In this document: positions 38,650 to 51,139 of the stretch, piece by piece
Numbering within the stretch: position 1 is the stretch's first letter
Layout: each line of letters starts with the position of its first letter
Assembly (NCBI RefSeq): GCF_018350175.1
Contig: NC_058368.1
Span: 144,896,001 to 144,960,000 of the forward strand
Direction of reading: 5' to 3'
From: Felis catus
Lineage: Eukaryota
DNA: 64,000 bases
Notes under the pieces: generated by a model
What the model was told of the DNA's origin: nothing
The model's input: the letters and a program-made list of their open reading frames with translations, nothing else
Database searches by the model: none
Translations under genes and position numbers: made by a program

Positions 38650-40215
38650 GTATTTAGCTTTTTCTACCTTCTGTCTTTCCTAACTCAGATAAAGACATTG
38701 AAACTTTCCAGAAGTCCAAAATAGGAACCTCAGAACGATCCTTGAATCGTCCAACTCTTTTTCCTCTAACCCTAATTTTGTTAATCAACTAAAGCCTATC
38801 AAACATAACTATGAATTGCTTCTTCCTTTCCAATCTTATTGCCACTACTCTTTGATGGGTCACAAGATCTTCCCTGGGCTACTGTACTAGTCAACCAAGT
38901 GATACCTTTGCATCATTCTTTTTAATGAATTCTGTTGCCTTTGTTTACCTTTTAAGTGTTAGTGTTCTGGGATTTCAGTTGCATACTCTCTTACTCTCTC
39001 ATTCTATACTTTCTTGCTGGATAATTAATCTACCTCTGTGGACTCAAGTGCCCTTAATATGACTATCTCTAGCCTGGATCGCTGCCTTAGGCTTCAAACC
39101 TGTATGTTCACTGGTCTAAAGGATATCTCTATCTGGAGGTCCCACAGGAACTTCATCTGTCCCACCTCAAACCTACTCCTTGTTTTGTGGGCTCTATGTC
39201 AGAAAATAAAATCCTCATCTGCTCAGGTTAGAGAAGGAAACTAGGGTATTATTTTTGAATTCTTTTACTCATACCCTTTGCATTTATTTGTCTCTTAAAT
39301 CTGTTCATCTCTCTCCACACCCATTGCCACTCTCTTAGTCCAGGCCATCATTAAATCCCACCTGGACCACTGTACTAGCCTCCTAAGTAGTCTTCCTACC
39401 TTCAGACCTGGCTTCAGAAATCCTGGCCACACTGGAGTGATTTTTCTAAAAGTACAAATATTAACATGCCTCTCTCCTGCTTCAAATCCTCCAATAGTTT
39501 ATTACTGTCCTTAAAATCAAGTTCAAATTCCTACGTGACCTACAAGCTCCTCTAGGTTCCTCTGGAGCCTCATCACCAGCTACTCTCCCTTTAGCCAATT
39601 AAGCTCCATTGTGTTGTTTTTTAATATTTAGTTTCTCTATTTTCCCCTCTGGGCCTTTGGAAACTCTTTTTCCTCTTCCTGGAATATTCCTTCCCTCTCT
39701 CCTTGTCTCTTTGCCTAACTCATCCTTAGATGCCACTTTGGATTTCATTTACTAATTTGAGAATACTTCCCTGACAATGACCTTCCCAAGATTGGGTTTG
39801 GTGGCCTCCTAATTTTCTCTAAGAGTACACTCCACTCATTTATTACAGCCATTTTTTTCTATACTCTAATTGCCTTGTCTCTCTCTCCTTAACCACAATA
39901 TATGCTTTTTTGAAGGCCTTTATAATTTTGCTTATATTGTTTCCACTTTCTGGAATATCATTCCTCTGTTTTTTACCCCTGGAAAATGTTTTCTAAACCA
40001 CTCCCAGGTTCAATTCAGGCAGACTTAACAGCTCTTCTTCTAGGTTATCACAGAATCTTACACTTGAGTCTGTTACAGCACATACCTTGCTATATTACAG
40101 TTATTTATTTTTAATAATGCCTCTGGCTAGACAATGAACTTTGGGAAGGTACATATTACCACACTCATTTTTAGATGCTTACCACAGTGCCTGGCATGTA
40201 GTAGTTCTTAAGTAT
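38650..40215 (+). mobile_element. LINE-2 fragments
   Basis: Pyrimidine-rich L2 motifs ending acagtgcctggcatgtagtag. Confidence 0.6.
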
Positions 40216-40574
40216 GTATCACACTGGAATAATTAAAACAAAGTTAACTCTGTTTCAACTCCTCTTACCAAGAATCAGGCACAAGACAGGTAAGAGAAGA
40301 ATGGTTCATTTAACAAAACGTGAAAATTAAAATGTATGGGTTTATACATCTTTGTTTTACCCTAGAAGTATTTGGCTTCCTTCCCAACCCACCCCTCTTT
40401 TTAAAAGTGCCATTTAGAGAGCTTCTATTAACTCTTATATGTAAATAAACCCTTCTGATTTATTCACTAACTCTAATTCCTCCTTGGCAAAAGAAAGAGA
40501 GCATGAGGGAAAAAAATTAAATGAGCTAAAAATATTATGAATAATGATCAGTTATGAACTTTAAAAGGTAAATT

Positions 40575-40800
40575 CTGTGGCAGAAGTCCACAAAGCCTTG
40601 ATTTGAATCTTGACCCTGTCACTTTCTGACTTCGTGAAAGCCACTTATCTACCAAGCCTTGGTTTTTCCATCTGTGCAAAAGGATCAGTAATAATACATA
40701 CTTCATACCTAAGGTTACGGTGAGAATTAAGAGTTTATATATGTAAAACATTTAGAACAAAGCATAACGTATAGTATGTGGTTAATGTGTTAGCTAGAAT
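40575..40800 (+). mobile_element. MIR SINE
   Basis: gatttgaatcttgaccctgtcact...ttccatctgtgcaaa...gtgagaattaag...atgtaaaacatttagaaca. Confidence 0.75.
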
Positions 40801-41794
40801 TATCATCTTAAATGGAGATGGTTTAATTACTAATCAAGAGTTATAATATGCTCCTAGATTGTAAGAAATGTAATGATGGTATGGATTAAGTAGCAAATGA
40901 CTATCAAGGACTGTGAAAATATAAAAACACTAAAGTGACAGATTAGTTTGTAAGTACCTAATGTAATTCATTAACAATATAGCACATTACACTAATTCCC
41001 ATAATGCCTTCCAATTCTGGTTCTTAACTCCTAAGTTCTTGTTAATTTTCTCAAAGGATGTTATAAAATTAACTATGTAGTAAAAAAATAATAAACTTCA
41101 GAGTCTATACTTCTTTGTGTTAGAAAACTGTTAGAATTAAATGGAAATAAAATAAAATTTAAAAGTGGATGTATTATAATTCTAAAATCATTACCATCAT
41201 TGCTAAAATAAGTGGCCTTGTTGAAATTCTAAAATACTAGCATTTGTATTTTAAAAATCTGATTTTAAAATGTCACATAATAATATTAATAACAATTCTA
41301 GCTTAAAAGCCAAAAAGATGACTATCAAAATATCTCGATATAGCCTGTAATTTTGATAAATGAAAAGGTTATGATTTAGCCATATTTTGAAATTACAGCC
41401 AAATCTTGATTATCTTTGGTCTGTGGAGATCTGGATGGCTGGAGTAGTTGAAATCTATATATGATGACAGAACTTTATCTTCAGCCTCTTTTCCCATCAC
41501 ATCTTTACCACAGTTAACTTAAGGGGCCAGTATGCATTTCCACTCTCTTTCTTTCTTACTTGAACAAGGAAATGTCAAAATAAATAAATGAATAAATTTG
41601 ACAACAAATAAAAACACAGGAAGGAAGGGCTAATCTATACACTAAATAACCGGTCTCTGAATAATCAAGAGTTGGCTGCACACATTACGTTTACCTTAAG
41701 AATCAAAATAGCCTCATTCTCGTTCATATCTTTCAATAAAAGCAAACAGGAGTTCCTGTGCCTTAACATTCCTCGTCAGAGTTTCTCTGAGTAC

Positions 41795-41884
41795 CTGAAA
41801 GAACCCTGGTGGTACAGGACCTACTGGCATGCCATCTCCTGGGGGAATGTTTCCTAGCACTGGGCTGGGAGCTGCTGCAGCACT
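41795..41884 (-). CDS. SSBP2: SSBP2 coding exon (about exon 5), [30 protein letters not shown], phase 0/0
   Basis: Minus-strand translation matches the recognised SSBP2 peptide; TTTGCAG| acceptor (AG 41885-41886), CAG|GTACTC donor; 90 nt. Confidence 0.97.
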
Positions 41885-43543
41885 CTGCAAAGAATAAAGG
41901 AGAAACAAACCTATATCATTACAACGAAGGTACAAAACCAGACTAACGATAACAGATTGTAGGAAGGGAAGCTTTCATTCCCAGGAATAAATATTAGTAA
42001 TTTCCCCCACTCCAGAGGTAAACAAAGATACAACAGTTAGTTTATATATGACTAAGTTATTTGGTTTAAACAAGTGTTTTAAAACTTTCTGAAATCACAG
42101 GATTTGAAGAAGATGGTATCTTTCAATGATATATAAAAGGCAAATAATAATATGACAAAAAGATAAAAGTTTAAGTAAATGTTTTATTTAAGGCACAGGC
42201 ATCTGAAATGACAACATTAATAACAAATATGGAAATATGTCGGTAGTAAGTATGAAAATGGTGGTTACAGAAGTTGGAAAAAAGAACTCTTTTTTAAGAT
42301 TATGCTTTGCTTTGTCACAGACAAATACAATTAATTTTCTGCTTATAGGTGGTAACACATTATTCAATTTCTGATATGCTATAACTGGCAGCCAAAATAG
42401 AATTGTTAGCAAAAACAAAGTGGTGAGGATGAAAAAGTAATTAGGAGACTGAATAAAAGAAAAGAATTCGATTTAGAGAGATTAGTCTCATATAAACAGA
42501 TTATGAAAAAAAAAAACGATTGAAAAACTCAGTCTACTTCACTTACAAATTATTTCATGGCACACTAGAGCTTCATGAAATAGGAGAATGAAAAATTTTG
42601 ATTTAGATTCTTTGTAATTAAATATAGGCTTTAGATTTAATTCTTACACAGAACAGTAATACATATCACTATTCTATAATCATGGGTTTTCATTCCTCTA
42701 CCTGGTTAGACATATTATAAATCCTAAGAACAGTCAAGAGATCAGAAATGTGCTGAAGAAACATCAGTATGAATCCAACAGTTCTGCTATGAAAGAACTC
42801 AAAACAAATAATGGATCTAGTCTATCTGTCCCACTGTCCTTGCCTCTACATCAGGGTAGTCATTCATGCATTAATATTCCATTACAAGATGCAATATCAA
42901 TGTATTTATAGCCTACATTTCCTGGTATATAAATTTGTAAAAATACTAACACGTGTTTATTCTATAATACTAGTAGTTATTAATAATGAAGGCCAATGAT
43001 TTGAGTGTTTCCTGAGAAAATGTAGATTTAAATGTGGTTATCTAAAATGTTGCTTACCTATGAATGCCAAAATTCTAAGCTTCTGATAAAGCAGATAAGT
43101 ATAAAAGGAGAAATAATATATCTTAGATATTAAGATGAAACATTTATCTGTTATTCTATTTTAAGCAAAAGCATGCAATTTCATTAATGTACATTAAATA
43201 CCCACTATTTGACAGATAGTGTTCTATTTTGCTTTATGTATCAACATTCATATTTTTAAAAAATGAAACCAAATCTTTTTTTTTCATTTAACTAAACTGG
43301 TGTAAAATTTTAATATACAATGTTACAGTGACAGTTTAAATATATATGATTACAGCTTGATCTAGGAAGAAAGATTTGATCTAGATCCTTTGACAATGAA
43401 TTACTGTCATGGGCAAATTGCTCTCAGTACTAAGAGCTAGAGATAAGATGTCACTATTGTTCTAATTAATTGCAGAAGAGAAATATTTTTGAGACAAGTT
43501 TGTAAACTACTCTTACCTATATTTTTATAGAAAAAAATATGCT

Positions 43544-43959
43544 GTCCATCAACTGATGAATGGATAAAGAAATTGTGGTTTATATACACAATGGAATATT
43601 ACGTGGCAATGAGAAAAAATGAAATATGGCCTTTTGTAGCAACGTGGATGGAACTGGAGAGTGTGATGCTAAGTGAAATAAGCCATACAGAGAAAGACAG
43701 ATACCATATGGTTTCACTCTTATGTGGATCCTGAGAAACTTAACAGGAACCCATGGGGGAGGGGAAGGAAAAAAAAAAAAAAAGAGGTTAGAGTGGGAGA
43801 GAGCCAAAGCATAAGAGACTCTTAAAAACTGAGAACAAACTGAGGGTTGATGGGGGGTGGGAGGGAGGAGAGGGTGAGTGATGGGTATTGAGGAGGGCAC
43901 CTTTTGGGATGAGCACTGGGTGTTGTATGGAAACCAATTTGTCAATAAATTTCATATAT
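43544..43959 (+). mobile_element. Young 5'-truncated felid LINE-1 3' end
   Basis: Near-identical to the last ~420 nt of the 22.1 kb L1; TSD aaaaaaatatgct at 43531-43543 and 43960-43972. Confidence 0.95.
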
Positions 43960-44653
43960 AAAAAAATATGCTACATTATATAGAAAAAATACTACTGTAG
44001 TTGTGTATTACAACTTTAAGCAGGTTTACAAAAAATAAAATAGAATTCAATGGGTTACTGCAACGTCTTAGTGTAATTCAAAGATGCTATTTTCCCCTCA
44101 GTTCTAATTGCTTAGAAAGTACATAAAAGAAGCTTTTGCCTCCCCTAAGGAAAAGAAAAAGTTTGTCTGCAACTAAATTAAAATTCAACAAGTAAAAATA
44201 CTGGGTCATCGTTGGCTCCTTTATTTGTTTTCTTTTTGGGGACTATATTGTTTAAAGGCATATAATATGCTAGGTTTTTTTCCTTCTATGTTCTGCATTA
44301 TATGTGCTCCCTTTTGTTTTTTTTTTTTCAGCTATTATTTAAAAGTGAAACAAAATACATGATTCAGATGAAGATTTAAGCAAATTAAATCTTTAAAATG
44401 CCTTTTGAGTTTTCATTTTATGACTTCAAAATTATAGAATAAATTCAGTCAAAATATAAATTGCCAAGAAGTCTTTTAAGTTCTGCAACACAGCAGTTAA
44501 CGCTATAGGGAAAAAAAAATCCTTGCTATTTGGAAGTTAACATTCTAGTGAAAGAAGAAAGATAATGGTGAGTGCTTTTTAAAAAAAAAAAAGAGCAAGG
44601 AATAGGGAATTCCCAATAAAGGGATAGGGATTATAAATTTAAATAGAATAGTT

Positions 44654-44869
44654 GGGGGGGGGCACCTGGATGATTCCTTAGTTAAGTGTCAAACTTCAGC
44701 TCAGGACATGATCTCACAGTTGGTGGGTTCAAGTGCCTTATCAGGCTCTGCACTGACAGCATGGAGCCTGGGGCCTGGAGCCTTCAAATTCTGTGTCTCT
44801 TTCTCAATCACTCTCTCTGCATTCCTCTGCTTGTGTTCTCTCTCAAAAATAAACAAGCACTTAAAAAAA
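44654..44869 (+). mobile_element. CAN-SINE
   Basis: TSD taaatagaata. Confidence 0.88.
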
Positions 44870-44934
44870 TAAATAGAATATTTAGGAATGAGTGAGTAAA
44901 TCACATAAACGAATGGATCATGTTATGGTGACTT

Positions 44935-45164
44935 ATTTTTTTTTTTAATTTTTACTTAAACATTTATTTATTTTTTGAGAGACAGAGAGAGACAGAGCTT
45001 GGGTGGGAGAGGGGCAGAGAGAGAGGGAGTCACTGATTCCTAAGCATACTCCAGGCTCTGAGTTGTCAGCACAGAGCCCAACACGGGGCTCGCACTCACA
45101 AACCGCAAGATCATGACCTGAACCAAAGTTGGATGCTTAATCAACTGAGCCACCCAGGTGCCCC
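44935..45164 (-). mobile_element. CAN-SINE (felid)
   Basis: Full structure. Confidence 0.9.
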
Positions 45165-45796
45165 ATCAACTTATTTAAATATGACTCTTGCTTTGTTGTT
45201 GAGGATGTCTTCCCACATTTCAAGATGTGCAAATTCTTCATTTGTACCTATTCCCTTACAGTGGCACAAGAATTTTGTGGAATTTTTTCTTTCTTAATAA
45301 TCATACTTTGAAAAAAATAATCATACTTTGGGCATAATAATAGAAGTGTCTTGAAAACAGAAGAGTTTTATAGGTAGATGATTTATAGTATAGAGCATGA
45401 TTTCATTTTCTGGTGTGATAGTAATTTCTATCCTTGGCTTAAGGATACAAAGTGATGTGAACCGAATCTTAATAATTACCCAGTTTGTTTACCTCATAGA
45501 AAGCACTAGTTCAGAGCATTTCAGCCCAAACTTCACTCTGTGGACCACATTTTTGAGCTAAATTATGCATCCAGTCTTCTGGGATTTATTGAAAAAGGAT
45601 AATTCACTGTTTATTGTACTGTGTGGACTCAAGCTTAGAGTACCATTTGGTACACCATGTACATCATTAACAAATACTAATCTGATAATAAATACTACAC
45701 AGGTACACACACTAAGTGGCACTTCAAGCATTGTGAAAGAGTATATTTATCAAATTGCTTAACTTGCTCACTTATAGCAATATAAATAATATATGC

Positions 45797-46026
45797 TTTT
45801 ATTTTTTTTTTAATTTTTTTTTCAACGTTTATTTTATTTTTGGGACAGAGAGAGACAGAGCATGAACGGGGGAGGGGCAGAGAGAGAGGGAGACACAGAA
45901 TCGGAAACAGGCTCCAGGCTCTGAGCCATCAGCCCAGAGCCTGACACGGGGCTCGAACCCACGGACCGCGAGATCGTGACCTGGCTGAAGTCGGACGCTT
46001 AACCGACTGCGCCACCCAGGCGCCCC
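45797..46026 (-). mobile_element. Young felid CAN-SINE
   Basis: CpG-rich; TSD aatatatgc. Confidence 0.95.
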
Positions 46027-47138
46027 AAATATATGCATGATTATTTAGGTTTGACTTTTTATTTTCTCTCTCTCTCATAAAAAGAAAAACATGAAAATAT
46101 TATGGTTTTAAAATATTTCTTTTTACTAAACTAAATACATAAGACTTTGGGCAAATGTGAAAAAATCATCATTAAAAGTGTTTTGTCTCTTCACTGGATT
46201 AATTTATATGCTTTCAGTATATACTTTCAGATATTTTCTAACTAGTCTTAAATCATTTATTTTGTCACAGGACTTAAATTTCAAGGTTTTTTTGAGATTG
46301 ACAACTTTACTTTTCCTTTTATATTTTCCCAAATTACTAATATAATTGTACCTACTTTTTATGTATCCAATGTATTAAATTTGGGGAATTACTTGCTTTC
46401 CCAAGGACATACAAAAATGAACTTTAAAGAGTTACCATGAAATCGTTACATGTTGTTATATATTTATCTTTGTTTAAGTCTGTGTGGCCACTTTGCTCTC
46501 TTGGACTTCCTATACTTGTATCATTCTACCCTTTAAGAAGGCATAAGTCAATTTGTGCCCCTTCCTTCTTCTTTTTGTGGTGTTTATTTTTCCCTTGTAT
46601 ATATGTCCAGCACCATTTCCCATTTTCCGCTTTCTCTTAAATGCTGTTGTATAACTGCACTTAAAAAATATTTTTGTTCTCTTTAATTCCCTATTTCTGA
46701 ATTTAGAAAATAGAGAGATACACTGTTATTTTATATTTTATCTTCTTAAATAAAAATCTGAAATTAAAGCCAAAAGACTTTATTTTAATCTTAGTTGTTA
46801 TCATTAGTGGCCTCTGGTAGGAAAAAAAAAAGTTATATATAGTTTGATATGGAGGTTTCACAACAGGCATATAATAAAATTTTGTTTAAAAATAAAATTA
46901 GGATATAATTGATTACTAAATTAGTTAGCATTTATCAAGATTAAATAACTAATAGTTTTATTTAATAAGGATGTTAGAGAATCAGCTGCCTATCAGGGAA
47001 TCAAAATATGAAGTCTGTATTTGGTACAATAGAAAAAATATTTAAGTATATGAAAAATTATTAAGGTAATGACATAAGAACTAAAATAGTGACAAAATTA
47101 TTAGAAATTGGAAAGATGATTAAAGGAAACAGTAGTTT

Positions 47139-47392
47139 CGCCTGGGTGGCTCAGTCGGTTAAGCTTCCGACTTCAGCTCAGGTCATGATCTCACGGCTGA
47201 TGGGTTCAAGCCCCACATCAGGCTCTGCGTTGGCCACTGAGAGTCTGGAGCCTGCTTCAGATTCTGTATCCCCCTCTCTCTCTGTCCCTCCCCAACTTGT
47301 GTTCGTTCTCTCTCTCTCTCTCAAAAATATATAAACTTAAAAAAAAAAAAGAGTCCCTGAAAAGAAAACAATACTTAAAAAAAAAAAAAAAA
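47139..47392 (+). mobile_element. CAN-SINE with two A tails
   Basis: SINE body, A tract, 26-nt unique segment, second A tract. Confidence 0.9.
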
Positions 47393-48237
47393 AGGAAGCG
47401 TGAGTAGGAAGAGATTGGTCAGGGAGTTGTTGACTTTTACTATTAAGCTATCTGAACTATTTTTAAGCCATATGCGGGGTTTTTTTTTGAGAAACATTTA
47501 AAATGGTTATAATTGGTATCTTGTCTTCAGAATTTTAATGCAAAGCACGGTCAAATATTTGACTGTTGATTGAAAACATATTCTTTATTATACTAAGAAA
47601 TCTTTCTATGCCTAGTATTCTAAAAACAATTTTTAAAGAAGTCAGAAATAAAAAAAAAAAAAGATGCTTTGCCTTTTTATATTTGATATTTTTTTGTTTT
47701 GTTTTTGTGGGAAGCATGATATAAGTAATCATATATTGATAGTTTTCTTAAAGCATCATCATATTTCTGAGATAAGCCATGCATGATCATCATGGGTGAT
47801 CCTTCTTTTAATAAGGCTAATGAATTATATTTGCCAATATTTTATTCAGGATCTTTATATCTATATTCTAAATGAGACAGGTTGAGAATGTTCCTTGCTG
47901 TGTTATATTTTTCAAACTTGAACATCCAGATTATTCTACTTTCTCAAAATGAATTGGATGGCAAACTATCTTTTATAATGCTCTGGAGAAGTTTTATAGT
48001 ATGGTGTTTATCTGCTTTTTGAAAGTTAAAAAAATATTCAGCAGTAAAACTGCCTGAATACAAAGGCAATTTTGGAAATAATTATGGTCATTATTCTTTT
48101 TATATTTTCTAAAACTTCTATTTGCTTCAATTCTGTTCATTTACATTTTTCTCAGAACACTTCATTGCATTGAGATTATTAGTTTTATCCACATACACAC
48201 TACTTTCACATACTTACAAAAAGTCCTCTGTAGCAGC

Positions 48238-48720
48238 TGTGAGAGAGATTGCTAGCAGACAACAAACATCTGTCTTCTCCTTTTTCCATGGTATTAGAAA
48301 TGTAGCCAATCACGCAGCAGCCCAACTACATCATACTTCTGTTTCCCTTATTCTCACCAAGAATTAAGGTTCTTACTAATGGAATGTGAGCAGGAGAGGT
48401 ATGTGCCACATCCAGACCTTGGTCTTAAGTAGTTTGGAACACATTCTACTTCTATTTTTTTAAGATTTTATTTTTAAGTAATCTTTACACCCAATGTGGG
48501 ATTTGAACTTACAACCCCAGATCGATAGTCACATGCTCTACCAAATGAGTCAGTCAGGCGCCCCATCCTACTTATTTTTAATTAGAGATCTAATTGCTGT
48601 CACGCTGACAAAAACAATGCCCTGTACAATGGCAGAGTGCCACTAACCTCAGTGTCTGGATGACTTTGTGGAGTGGATTTCACCTGCCATGGACTGTCTT
48701 ACTGAACTGTTGGCTCTAAA
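48238..48720 (+). mobile_element. Old MLT1J-like LTR, interrupted by a short SINE
   Basis: tgtgagagagattgctagc...ctaatggaatgtgagcaggag...gtgccac motifs. Confidence 0.5.
48455..48564 (-). mobile_element. Short tRNA-derived carnivore SINE
   Basis: taagattttatttttaagtaatct...cagtcaggcgcccc. Confidence 0.85.
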
Positions 48721-48972
48721 ACAGATGATGAGGATTCATTTTCTCTCTCCTAAACTGAATTAGCATTATCATCATTATTTTTGCCAGAAACTGCTACTTC
48801 TTTTTCTGTTTTATTAATTTGTTAACTTCTTTTGTTCTCCTATTATCTCTATTCTCATGCCTTTTTTTAGGCTTTATTATTTTCAAACTTCTCAACTAAA
48901 TTAGTAACTAATTTTTTCTTTTTTTTTTAAATGCAAAGAATATAAAACTATAAAGTTTGGCTCTGAATTTAC

Positions 48973-49155
48973 CTTTGATTAAATCTGTAAGGTTTGATGT
49001 TGATGCTTATGATTTTTTCCCTAAATCATCTAATCAGTATAATTTTGATTTCCTAAACAGTTACTGGATATAACTGGAAACCAAAATTATACTGATTAGA
49101 TGATTTAGAAAAAAAATGAGAACACCAACATCAAATCTTATAGATGTAAGCAAAG
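48973..49155. repeat. Long inverted repeat (arms ~81 nt, spacer 22 nt)
   Basis: 49021-49053 vs reverse complement of 49076-49108 match 32/33; outer arms about 38/48. Confidence 0.92.
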
Positions 49156-49169
49156 ATATATTTTAATTT

Positions 49170-49357
49170 ATAGGCTTTATTTAATTCAAGGCTTTATTTT
49201 TGTTTTTAATGTCTAGCTTTCCCAACTATGTCTAGGTAAGATGTACTATACAATTTTTATAATAAATAGGCTTTATTTAATTTGAGGCTTTATTTTTGTT
49301 TTTAATGTCTAGCTTTCCCAACTATGTCTAGGTAAGATGTACTATACAATTTTTATA
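49170..49357. repeat. Tandem duplication of 92 bp (period 96)
   Basis: 49170-49261 vs 49266-49357, two mismatches. Confidence 0.95.
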
Positions 49358-51139
49358 TTGAGGATATTGTTGAACAATTTTTTGTGGTCTAACCAATGAT
49401 CAATTTTCATAATTTCCCATGGATATTTAATAAAATATCCATAGTCTACATTATTATCCATTTGCGTAATATCCTTATATTGTCTCTATTTTTTGTCCCC
49501 TTGCCCGTTCAAATATATATAATACCCTACAATTGTTGTTTGTCCATTTCTCACTTATTTTTCACGTTTAATAATCATTGCCTTGAGTCTACTTTGTCTG
49601 AAATTAATGTTGTAAGTTTTTTTGTATGTGTTTAAATTTCCTATCCATTTATTTTTAAATTTTATGCTATATTTTCTCACTCGTGAGCAAGAAAAGCCCT
49701 GTAATATGAATCTAATGAGATGTCCTTTAAAATAAAATTGAAAAAAAACCCACAAATTCTCTTTATCCTAAGCTTTCAAGGTATTAAAGTTAAGACGAAC
49801 AGTATCATTTACCTTTCTCAGTGAAAAATGAAGTTAGCTTATCTTCCTATTCTACATCTCCCTCTTCCACTTCCTAATTCTTGTTATAAACACTTGGAGT
49901 CTTAGGCATAAACTTTTTGTTTCCATCACCTCTTTTTTCACTAATAATTTTTGACCTCTACATTCAGTTTTGCAACCATACTTTCAGCATTAAAAATAAA
50001 GAACTCCAATTTTATCTATTGTTTTCCCTATCAGTCTCTTAAAAATAACAAAACATTTGCTACTCATGAGTTTTAATTCTTATACATTTCAAGGGTGACT
50101 AGAGGATATATAAATATTATTTTCCAAATCCTTATATATGCAAATGTCTTTGCTGACTCTCATCAAAACTACAGATACCACTGTTGTCTGAATAGGGTTG
50201 CAAAAGTCTGAAACTGTCCAGATTTTTGTTCCTAGGGATGTAATCTATTTTTCTCTTCCAGGTATTTGGAGGATGTTTTCTTGATTTTTATAATTCCCAA
50301 ATGTTTCAATTCCATATCTAGGTACTCTATTTCTAAGTTACTTGCCTAGAATTATGTGAACTTTTTCAGTGATCATTTACCTGGGTTATTCTTTTCTAAT
50401 GCTAGAAAGTTGGGAAATCATTTCAGTTAACAGGTGTAAGATCCGACAAACCTCAAAGGGTCATTAGTTACTAAGTAAACAGTTAAGGTATTATTAATAA
50501 CTAAGGAAATATGTTGAGGAATCTTGCCAGGAAAGGATTTTCACAAGTTATTGGTGGCATGGAAAACTGGTACACTTATAGAAAGCACTTTACGTGTATA
50601 TATCATGTGCCATAAAAAATTAATAAATTTTGACTAAGTGATCCTTCCTTTCAGATACTATTCAATTTTAAATTCTGAACTATGAGAAAAATAGTATGCA
50701 TAAAATACATTCATGGTCATATATTTATAGTAAGAAATACTCAAAGTAACCTAAAAATTCAGCAATAATGTAATGCTTAAATAAATTGTAGTACATCTAA
50801 GCGATGAAACATGATTCAATTATTAAAAATAATGGTTACAAGTGGAATTATTTGGGAAACATAGGAATTTGTTTATGATATAATGCTATGTGAAACCTGC
50901 CAAATACAGAATTGAGTATAGCATGACTATAATTATGCAAATGATAAAAAATAACCCATGAAATACTGTGGGTGGATGCATAAAGTTAACTGTTAGAATT
51001 ATATAAGTGATATTTGAATAAAATTCCTAAAAACTTTCTGAAATGTCATATTATTTCTATTTATAACATAAAAAATTTTTATATGTTAAATATACACACT
51101 GCCAGTTTTGTCAATAGCTATATAATAGGACCAAATGCT

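Larger units (their letters stand above)
47500..50350 (-). mobile_element. Highly decayed ancient L1M fragments
   Basis: T-rich L1-antisense-like motifs (gaattatatttgccaatattttatt, tctactttgtctgaaattaat); boundaries approximate. Confidence 0.4.

Noticed and set aside
46871..46902. Similarity to about 52397-52428 (taaaatttt(t)gtttaaaaataaaat)
   Set aside because: Low-complexity AT sequence; likely coincidental.
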